Source of the DNA: a virus
Strand: one strand, 5' to 3'
Virus record (IMG/VR): IMGVR_UViG_3300020029_000001
Location: 1-6,124 of that record
Length of the DNA stretch: 6,124 bases
Shown here: positions 1 through 5,740 of the stretch, one piece after another
Layout: each line of letters begins with the position of its first letter
Position numbering within the stretch: position 1 is the first letter of the stretch
Notes under the pieces: model-generated
Told to the model about the DNA's origin: nothing
Databases searched by the model: none
The model's input: the letters and a program-made list of their open reading frames with translations, nothing else
Made by a program: the position numbers and the translations under genes

Positions 1-121
1 CCAAAGTATTATAACGAGGCTCTGCTTGATCCGTCCTGGTTTATTCGAAAATTCAACGAACGCCTACGTCACAAACTCGGTCATTCGTTTAAACATGCTT
101 TTTTCCAGGAGTTTGGTACTC
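1..121. repeat. Direct terminal duplication (copy 1), circular-assembly overlap
   Basis: Bases 1-121 are identical to 6004-6124. Confidence 0.97.
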
Positions 122-807
122 ATCCAGAAACAGGAAGTGAGCCTCGATTGCATTTTCATGGCTTCTTATTTGGCACAAACGTCCTCTATAACACGATTCG
201 TTCTGCTGTTCGAGACCTTGGTTTTGTTTGGTTAGCGAAAGCAACCCACAAGCGTGCTCGTTACTGCGTTAAGTACGTCACTAAGCAAATTCAATTCAAC
301 CCCGATGAAATTTCGGATAAATATGTTACCGTAAATGGAAACCTTACACCTTTATCTTGCCTCCTCCAACATCGCCGTTATACGCGAAAATTCGTATCTG
401 CTGGCGTTGGTGACTTTCTTGGTTATATGCCTCGTCCTTCTTCTCGTGTCTCGTCGTGGTCTTATTTTGATATTGAGAAGCGTATCAATTATAATTACTC
501 GATTCCTCGATATTATCTTAGATACCTTAAACCGGAAGACGACGTTATTCGCTCGGTTGCCGCTGCTGATGCTTATTCACGTTTTAGCAAGTCTCCTCTG
601 GTTAAGCGTATTGTGTCTCTGTGTGTTGAGCGGTTCAACCTCAATTCCTCCGTATCCCGTAGAGAGAGCTATACGTGGGAGCAAAAGCAAATAATGCGTT
701 TTTCCGCCTCCTCTCACAAGATGCCTGATTTCGATCCTCCAACGTGGCTGGATTTGGACATTCTTCAATTTTGGAGAGATCACTATAAACTTCAACTAAA
801 CATTTAA
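1..807 (+). CDS. Replication initiator protein (VP4 / HUH Rep), C-terminal part (joined to 5740..6003; 356 aa total)
   Basis: Frame 1 is open from base 1 (PKYYNEALLDPSWFIRKFNERLRHKLGHSFKHAFFQEFGTHPETGSEPRLHFHGFLFGT...) to the stop at 805-807. HFH (HUH motif II) is at 151-159. YCVKYVTK (two tyrosines, motif III, like phiX174 gpA YVAKYVNK) is at 262-285. The listed 148 start is a TTG inside the gene, not the true start. Confidence 0.95.
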   Translation, partial: PKYYNEALLDPSWFIRKFNERLRHKLGHSFKHAFFQEFGTHPETGSEPRLHFHGFLFGTNVLYNTIRSAVRDLGFVWLAKATHKRARYCVKYVTKQIQFNPDEISDKYVTVNGNLTPLSCLLQHRRYTRKFVSAGVGDFLGYMPRPSSRVSSWSYFDIEKRINYNYSIPRYYLRYLKPEDDVIRSVAAADAYSRFSKSPLVKRIVSLCVERFNLNSSVSRRESYTWEQKQIMRFSASSHKMPDFDPPTWLDLDILQFWRDHYKLQLNI

Positions 808-810
808 TTT

Positions 811-2604
811 ATGGGAAAACAACCTTTTATTTCGCATGCCGTAAACGGTTATTCTCGATACGACGTTCCCGAGAGTAAGGCGTTTACGTGTACACCAGGT
901 ATTTTATATCCGGTGCGGATCGATTTTATCAATGCTCGAGATCGCGTATCCATTGAGCAAGGCATCGACGTTCGTAGCAATTCGCTCGCCGTTCCGTCAT
1001 TCAATCCTTACACCATTCGTTTGCATCGTTTTTGGGTGCCGCTTCAGTTGTATCACCCTGAGTTGAGGACGAATAGTAGTAAGTTTGATATGAATAATTT
1101 GAGCTTGAACTTCGTTGCCGCTTCGTCAACCGCTTCTTACGCATTCACTTACAATAACTATCCCTATTCCAACTCGTTGCTTCGTTGGTTACGCATTATT
1201 CCCGCTTCTATCCCGGCAACAACTTCTAGTAACGTTCCTATGTCGCCGAACCTTACGACCGCTCAATTGGGATATCCCTTAGGTTGGTGCACTGCCGATT
1301 CTTATCTTGCTTATTGGGATATCGTCCGCAATTACTATGGTTATTCCCAGTGGGGACTTTACTCTTTTGCTTGGCCCAGCACTTGGTGGTTCGTCCCTAA
1401 TAGCACTGGTACTGCGTATAATGTCCCTCAGTTCGCTGACAAATCGGTGTTTTTCTCGCAAAGATTCGGAAATCTCGAATATCTTGATGCTTATTATGAA
1501 AGCCAATTTTACCCTTCGGCTGTAGGTTCGTCGAACAATACGTATAATAGAGGAAATCTTTTTTCCCAGATATTACTTTCAGACCTTGGCGCTACGATTA
1601 CTGCTTCCAGAGATGGTTACCCTGTTTCTACTATTTATCCTGGAAGCACCTCGCTAACTACCGCAGGCCCCGCGAATCAATTTGCTACTAACCCTGGTAC
1701 TTCGACCGTCACTACGCTTGGGGCGTTTTTAGTGTCTCATCCGATGGCTGTTGTACCTTCAAACCCCGATCGATATAGTCGCCTGCTCCCCGTCGGCAGT
1801 TCTGAGGGTGTTTCTATGACCGGCGTTTCAACTATACCACAGTTGGCTATTGCTTCTCGTCTTCAAGAATATAAGGATTTGCTTGGTGCTGGTGGTAGTC
1901 GATATAGCGATTGGTTGGAAACATTCTTTGCATCGAAAATCGAGCACGTTGATCGTCCTAAACTTTTATTTAGCGCCTCACAGACCGTTAATGTTCAGGT
2001 TGTTATGAATCAGGCCGGTGCTAACAATTTCGAAAGCGATCAATACTCCATGCCTGCCCTTGGACAGCAAGGTGGCGCTATCGCTTTTAACGATCGCCTT
2101 GGTCGTCGACAGTCCTATTACTTCCGCGAACCTGGTTATTTGATTGACATGCTGAGTATTCGCCCCGTCTACTATTGGGCAGGCGTCTACCCTGATTATC
2201 TCCATTACACTGGTGCTGATTATTTTAATCCGATCTATAACGACATTGGATATCAGGATGTTCCTGGGTTCCAGTTTGGTTTCGGAACTACTTCGGCCTC
2301 GGAGACCGTAGCCTACGAACCGTGTTTTAACGAGTTTCGATCCTCGTATGACGAGGTTCTTGGTCAGCTGTCTCGATTCCAAGGTACTGCTACCAGTGTA
2401 CCTCTTTATTCTTATTGGGTTCAACAGCGCGTTTTGTCGGCGAGCTATAATCAGTATTACTCCCTTCTGTTCGTGGATATTGATAATGTAAACTCTCCGT
2501 TCGCTTCCAAGACGGAAGATAACTTTTTCGTTAACCTTTCGTATTCTGTTCAGAAGAAGAACTTAGTTAATAAAACATTTGCAACCCGTTTGTCTAATCG
2601 TTAA
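811..2604 (+). CDS. Major capsid protein VP1 (phiX174 F-like)
   Basis: 597 aa. N-terminal half contains YPVRIDFINARDRVSIEQGIDVRSNSLAVPSFNPYTIRLHRFWVPLQLYHP and YLAYWDIVRNYYGYSQW. It also has the conserved microvirus capsid block LQEYKDLLGAGGSRYSDWLETFFASKIEHVDRPKLLFSASQTVNVQVVMNQ. Position and length fit VP1. Confidence 0.93.
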   Translation: MGKQPFISHAVNGYSRYDVPESKAFTCTPGILYPVRIDFINARDRVSIEQGIDVRSNSLAVPSFNPYTIRLHRFWVPLQLYHPELRTNSSKFDMNNLSLNFVAASSTASYAFTYNNYPYSNSLLRWLRIIPASIPATTSSNVPMSPNLTTAQLGYPLGWCTADSYLAYWDIVRNYYGYSQWGLYSFAWPSTWWFVPNSTGTAYNVPQFADKSVFFSQRFGNLEYLDAYYESQFYPSAVGSSNNTYNRGNLFSQILLSDLGATITASRDGYPVSTIYPGSTSLTTAGPANQFATNPGTSTVTTLGAFLVSHPMAVVPSNPDRYSRLLPVGSSEGVSMTGVSTIPQLAIASRLQEYKDLLGAGGSRYSDWLETFFASKIEHVDRPKLLFSASQTVNVQVVMNQAGANNFESDQYSMPALGQQGGAIAFNDRLGRRQSYYFREPGYLIDMLSIRPVYYWAGVYPDYLHYTGADYFNPIYNDIGYQDVPGFQFGFGTTSASETVAYEPCFNEFRSSYDEVLGQLSRFQGTATSVPLYSYWVQQRVLSASYNQYYSLLFVDIDNVNSPFASKTEDNFFVNLSYSVQKKNLVNKTFATRLSNR

Positions 2605-2616
2605 TATATTGATCTT

Positions 2617-2913
2617 ATGGCACTTGATTGGTTACTTGAAGATTCACCCGCCTATATCTCTCGTGGTCAGCGTATCCTTTCCGTTCTTAATGGCTCTGGG
2701 TCCGTTGACGTCCTTCCTGGTCGTCCGGATGTGATAGCCGAACCTTCTGATTTTGAGAAGGGAGAGAAGTTCAACCCTGATATAGATTTCGATCCTAACT
2801 CCTTTTCTCGTATGGATAAGTTTGACGGCCTCGAGGTTGGACAGGAACTTATTGATTCTCAGTTAGATAAGTCTAAGTCTACCTCAAAGCCTTCCGATTC
2901 TGAAGAAAAATAG
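2617..2913 (+). CDS. Small acidic protein, possible VP3/internal scaffolding-like protein or other structural accessory
   Basis: 98 aa, ATG start 12 nt after the VP1 stop. Acidic, Ser/Asp/Glu-rich and apparently low in ordered structure in its C-terminal half. Function assigned only from position and composition. Confidence 0.7.
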   Translation: MALDWLLEDSPAYISRGQRILSVLNGSGSVDVLPGRPDVIAEPSDFEKGEKFNPDIDFDPNSFSRMDKFDGLEVGQELIDSQLDKSKSTSKPSDSEEK

Positions 2914-2935
2914 TATATCCTTTACTTGAAGATAT

Positions 2936-3130
2936 ATGCTACGTGCGCGGACCCCTTCTGTAAGAGTCCGTGAATTTCTGAAGGTTATTGGTAACGACTG
3001 CAGGAGAGGCCGCGCATTTTTCTATCGTTCTTTATTTAATTGTTTACACCATTGTGGCGAGGTGTCGCATTTCGCGGTTCGGAGAACCGCCCCGAACGAA
3101 GTGAGGGTGCGGCACCGTAGCTTCCCTTAA
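2936..3130 (+). other. ORF of 64 codons of doubtful coding status, overlapping a structured GC-rich intergenic region
   Basis: Open frame with ATG at 2936. Much of its sequence is made of inverted repeats (see 2944-3016 and 3061-3116). The Arg-rich translation resembles no family I recognise. Confidence 0.25.
3061..3116 (+). promoter_or_regulatory. Structured element (closing stem plus inner hairpin) in intergenic region 1; candidate origin, packaging or RNA control element
   Basis: GGTGTCGCA (3061-3069) pairs with TGCGGCACC (3108-3116), 9 bp with one G-U. Inside it, GCGGTTC (3074-3080) pairs with GAACCGC (3084-3090), a perfect 7 bp with 3-nt loop GGA. Confidence 0.6.
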
Positions 3131-3142
3131 ATTTTCAATATC

Positions 3143-3334
3143 ATGTCAGACGCTAAACAACCTTTCTATAAATCAAAGGCTTTCTGGACGCTCGTTTCAT
3201 CTATCATTGCTGCGTTGGCTGCCTTTTTTCTCTCTTCTTGTTCAGCTCAAGCTAGGATGCAGCGTAGTGGCGTTCATATTGACACAGTTCGCGTTGATTA
3301 CATCATTCGTTCTAACAATTTAACCCACATATAG
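3143..3334 (+). CDS. Small membrane/lipoprotein-like protein (63 aa), unknown function
   Basis: MSDAKQPFYKSKAFWTLVSSIIAALAAFFLSSCSAQARMQRSGVHIDTVRVDYIIRSNNLTHI: charged N-terminus, hydrophobic stretch, then LSSC matching a signal peptidase II lipobox. Stop at 3334 is 1 nt before the VP2 ATG. Confidence 0.8.
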   Translation: MSDAKQPFYKSKAFWTLVSSIIAALAAFFLSSCSAQARMQRSGVHIDTVRVDYIIRSNNLTHI

Positions 3335-3335
3335 T

Positions 3336-4586
3336 ATGCCTGATCATATTGTTGCCTCTTCCTTTGGCCAGGCTCTTGGTCAGTCGGCCGCATCTACTGG
3401 TACTACCGGTTTAATTTCTGGCGCGCTCGGTCAACTTTTTGGAGGCATGAATGCCCGCCGACAGTGGAAATATCAGCAAAAACAAATGGCTCTTCAGCAA
3501 AAGTACTCTTTAGAGCAAATGCAAAAACAATCTGAGTTATCCTACGCTAATTGGCAGAAACAGTTCGATTATGAGAATGCTTACAACGATCCTTCGAAGG
3601 TCTTTGATCGTTATTTAAAGGCTGGTGTAACCCCCGCCGCCGCTTTAGGCTCTTCCGGTGTTGGCGTAAATGCCACTATGTCAGGAGGTTCTGCGTCTAC
3701 ACCCTCTGCTTCTGGTCCCTCCGGCGGCTCCCCGATTGCCCCTGGTGGCTTTGCTCCTGTTGATCCTACCTCTATTGCTCAAAATATGATTGCCCAGTCT
3801 ACGGTTGACCGCAATACTGCTGCCGCTAATCGAGATGACGCGGAGGCTGATTTAATGCGTGGTAATACGCACAGCCTTGAATGGCGTAAAGATATGGATA
3901 CTCTTGAAAAGAAAGCTCTTGAGCACAACATTAATAACGTACAAGAACTCGTTCGTCTTAATCGTGCTCTTGCTGATATACACGCTGCTGATGCTGAGTA
4001 CGCTGATCTTATGGCTACTTACAAATTTCAAGACTTTGTGGCTATGTACGCGAAGCATGTCGAGGAAGCGAATCAGATTAAGCGATTCAATGATAAGTAT
4101 TTCGACTCTGTTTATGCTGCACAGGTCGCTCGAGATTATGCTGCTGCCTTCGAATCTGCCGCCTCTGGCGACGTCTTGAATGTTGAATCTGAAATACGTA
4201 AAGTTAATCTGGCTGATCTTCGCGAGTGGTTCGCCCTTAATTGGGATTCGGAAATCGACGTTCCCGAGGTTAATGAGAAGGGCAAACCTACCGGCAAGAC
4301 GATTAAGATGACAGGTCGCCAGATTCATCAGAGACTAATGGGCTTAGCCGCCTCGGAAGGTGAGCAGGGACTCTCAGGCCGTTGGTTTCAAAACCGATCA
4401 AGTAAAAACGCTTTTGGCTATAGTATGGCTAGAACTGCTTTGTCTGGCGCCATAGCCATCGCCGGCTCGGCTGTCGCGAAGCGTCCTGTTTCTGTCGGTT
4501 ATGAAGAAAGTAGAGAAAATTACGATAAATACGGTGAGTATTCTGGAGGCTCGAGAGTCACCCGTCGCAATATGATGACAAAATGA
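3336..4586 (+). CDS. DNA pilot / minor capsid protein VP2 (phiX174 H-like)
   Basis: 416 aa. N-terminal small-residue-rich segment (GLISGALGQLFGGMNARRQWKYQQKQMALQQKYSLEQMQKQSELSYANWQKQFDYENAYNDPSKVFDRYLKAGVTPAAALG) is the characteristic VP2 signature of Gln-rich helix followed by a 'NDPxxxxxRxxxAGxxPxxAxG' motif, then a Gly/Ser/Pro-rich linker and long helices. Confidence 0.92.
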   Translation: MPDHIVASSFGQALGQSAASTGTTGLISGALGQLFGGMNARRQWKYQQKQMALQQKYSLEQMQKQSELSYANWQKQFDYENAYNDPSKVFDRYLKAGVTPAAALGSSGVGVNATMSGGSASTPSASGPSGGSPIAPGGFAPVDPTSIAQNMIAQSTVDRNTAAANRDDAEADLMRGNTHSLEWRKDMDTLEKKALEHNINNVQELVRLNRALADIHAADAEYADLMATYKFQDFVAMYAKHVEEANQIKRFNDKYFDSVYAAQVARDYAAAFESAASGDVLNVESEIRKVNLADLREWFALNWDSEIDVPEVNEKGKPTGKTIKMTGRQIHQRLMGLAASEGEQGLSGRWFQNRSSKNAFGYSMARTALSGAIAIAGSAVAKRPVSVGYEESRENYDKYGEYSGGSRVTRRNMMTK

Positions 4587-4632
4587 ACAATCTCCCCGAC
4601 CTTTTGAACTTTACTACTCATTCTTTTTGCCG

Positions 4633-4640
4633 TATATTTG
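4633..4640 (+). promoter_or_regulatory. Candidate Bacteroidota-type promoter -7 box (TAnnTTTG)
   Basis: TATATTTG at 4633-4640 lies in the VP2-ORF106 intergenic gap, 26 nt upstream of the ATG at 4667. It matches the Bacteroides sigma-ABfr -7 consensus TAnnTTTG. A TTTG at 4603-4606 could be the -33 element but the 26-nt spacing is longer than usual. Confidence 0.55.
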
Positions 4641-4666
4641 TATCGTAAACCAATAACCACACTACC

Positions 4667-4987
4667 ATGAAAAAAGTAAGTAAAAAGTCCAGAACTGACG
4701 ATCTGTTAATTGACCTTGTAGAGTACATGTTCGTTGAGTGGCTTGTTCGTCGAGGTGTATTTACCGCTTTTAAGTCGAATTACGAGCATGCCTTTTCGCT
4801 TCGTGCGGGCTTCCGTGAACGCCTTCGCGGTCAGATTCGACGCGCTCTCAATGGTTCTGGTTTCGGCGTAAGCCACCTTATCACTTCCTCGTTTCTGTTT
4901 ACTTCGACACCTGAAGGTGTCAAGTTTTGGGGCAAAGAGTCTGCCGCCTGGGAGCGTTTTTGCGTTAAATTCCAAGTAAAACTTTAA
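4667..4987 (+). CDS. Hypothetical protein (106 aa), conserved-looking microvirus accessory protein
   Basis: ATG with Lys-rich start MKKVSKKSRTDDLLIDLVEYMFVEWLVRRGVFTAFKSNYEHAF...; directly downstream of a candidate promoter. Frame length and typical codon use on the coding strand. Confidence 0.8.
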   Translation: MKKVSKKSRTDDLLIDLVEYMFVEWLVRRGVFTAFKSNYEHAFSLRAGFRERLRGQIRRALNGSGFGVSHLITSSFLFTSTPEGVKFWGKESAAWERFCVKFQVKL

Positions 4988-4998
4988 ATTATATTACT

Positions 4999-5322
4999 AT
5001 GACACAGATTCATATCGTTGTCCGGCGTGTTAGTCCGGCCCTCAAGGTTGACCTCGTCCAGATAGGTCGTCTCAAAGATGGTCAGTTTGATCCACTTCCT
5101 CTCGGCGCTTTTGCGAACACTCCTATTGCACGCTTCTTGGAGAGTTCGGATATTAGCGACTCACTTTACGTCAAACACTCGAAAATTACTGATCTTATTG
5201 CTGCTTGTGAAGGTCTCCCCGGCTTTGGCGTCGAGTTTTTTGACAATACGATAGTTCTCATGTTCGATTTTGATCTCAACTACGATGAAGGCGCGACGAA
5301 AGAAGAAGGGAAAGGGCACTAA
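4999..5322 (+). CDS. Hypothetical protein (107 aa)
   Basis: ATG 11 nt after the preceding stop, AT-rich leader (aaattatattact). Protein-like translation MTQIHIVVRRVSPALKVDLVQIGRLKDGQFDPLPLGAF.... Confidence 0.75.
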   Translation: MTQIHIVVRRVSPALKVDLVQIGRLKDGQFDPLPLGAFANTPIARFLESSDISDSLYVKHSKITDLIAACEGLPGFGVEFFDNTIVLMFDFDLNYDEGATKEEGKGH

Positions 5323-5359
5323 AGTTGTGACCCGCCCGCTTGGTGGAAGAGTTCTTTGA
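5285..5359 (+). CDS. 24-aa very basic peptide, candidate J/VP8-like DNA-binding (packaging) protein
   Basis: ATG 5285-5287 to TGA 5357-5359 translates to MKARRKKKGKGTKVVTRPLGGRVL: 10 of 24 residues are K/R and none acidic. It overlaps the end of the 4999-5322 ORF in another frame and is below the ORF-track size cutoff. Confidence 0.6.
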   Translation: MKARRKKKGKGTKVVTRPLGGRVL

Positions 5360-5365
5360 TGCAGT

Positions 5366-5397
5366 GGACCTGTGGGAGACTCTTCTCCTGCAGGTTC
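5366..5397 (+). promoter_or_regulatory. Strong hairpin in intergenic region 2
   Basis: GGACCTGTGGGAG (5366-5378) pairs with CTCCTGCAGGTTC (5385-5397): 13 bp as RNA including three G-U, loop ACTCTT (5379-5384). Begins 6 nt after the stop of the basic ORF. Confidence 0.55.
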
Positions 5398-5417
5398 CCT
5401 CATTGCTATATACCCTT

Positions 5418-5513
5418 CGAGCCGTTAAGAGCGCGGCGAGTAAGTGTTTCCGGAGCCGATGATATCGCGGACGCGAGATCGAGGCCCGAAACAGCGCAGC
5501 CCGCTTAGGCTCG
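5418..5513 (+). promoter_or_regulatory. Large nested/branched structured element; candidate origin, packaging signal, or non-coding RNA
   Basis: Outer stem CGAGCC (5418-5423) + TAAG (5426-5429) pairs with CTTA (5504-5507) + GGCTCG (5508-5513). Inner stem TGTTTC (5445-5450) pairs with GAAACA (5488-5493). GCC (5455-5457) pairs with GGC (5483-5485), GAT (5458-5460) with ATC (5478-5480), and the apical hairpin is TCGCG/CGCGA (5465-5469/5472-5476). Confidence 0.6.
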
Positions 5514-5539
5514 TGTTTTGTGAATTAATTTTTTTAACC

Positions 5540-5740
5540 ATGGATTGCATCGACTTTAGACCTAGTTTTGCCCCCATTGTTAACGGCTCCCCGCTTCGTT
5601 ATTCCGTTGGCATGTACCGCGGTAAGAAGCGAATTATCGTCGCCTGGTTTTCCGACGAATCTCCTGCGTTCGAGTACCTTGCTCGTTGTCGTCGTGATAA
5701 TCCTTACGCTAAGTTTGATTGTATTCAAAGTTTGTTCTAA
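5540..5740 (+). CDS. Hypothetical protein (66 aa) immediately upstream of Rep
   Basis: Same frame as the tracked 5444..5740 ORF, but the first ATG after the structured region and the AT-rich leader (tgaattaatttttttaacc) is at 5540: MDCIDFRPSFAPIVNGSPLRYSVGMYRGKKRIIVAWFSDESPAFEYLARCRRDNPYAKFDCIQSLF. The tracked 5444 start is a GTG inside the hairpin region. Confidence 0.72.
   Translation: MDCIDFRPSFAPIVNGSPLRYSVGMYRGKKRIIVAWFSDESPAFEYLARCRRDNPYAKFDCIQSLF

Noticed and set aside
335-694. 119-aa + strand overlapping ORF inside Rep, very hydrophobic; considered as a phiX174 E-like overlapping lysis gene
   Set aside because: phiX174 E does overlap another gene out of frame, so this was tempting. 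But the hydrophobicity spreads over nearly the whole ORF, as expected from a +1 shift of T-rich codons, and the start is a non-ATG codon (TTG/GTG-type). Kept only as a low-probability idea.
148-807. Rep as a 219-aa protein starting at 148
   Set aside because: The start is a TTG in the middle of the HUH motif. The frame is open upstream to base 1 and across the circular junction to ATG 5740.
1279-1525. Small ORFs on both strands (1279-1506 minus, 1307-1525 plus) in VP1
   Set aside because: Short out-of-frame openings within the capsid gene without independent evidence.
1978-2424. 148-aa minus-strand ORF inside VP1
   Set aside because: Lies fully antisense to the conserved capsid gene, with no leader or family signature. 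Best explained as a shadow frame of biased + strand codon usage.
2914-3142. dif/XerCD-type integration site, tRNA gene or CRISPR array in the intergenic regions
   Set aside because: No 28-bp dif-like palindrome with AT-rich arms, no cloverleaf with conserved T-loop, and no spaced direct repeats could be found by eye.
3852-4328. 158-aa minus-strand ORF (and 106-aa + strand alternative frame 3859-4179) inside VP2
   Set aside because: Fully embedded in the VP2 gene. Leu/Ser/Ile-rich shadow translations with no recognisable motif or initiation context.
5161-5403. 80-aa minus-strand ORF over the ORF107 3' end and hairpin region
   Set aside because: Antisense to coding sequence and inverted repeats, no support for expression. 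All other genes are on the + strand.
5454-5492. Possible hammerhead-like ribozyme core (CCGATGA ... GAAAC) in intergenic region 2
   Set aside because: Position 2 of the invariant CUGANGA box is C, not U. The GAAA segment is already used in the TGTTTC/GAAACA stem, and no proper stem I/III with a cleavage triplet is visible.
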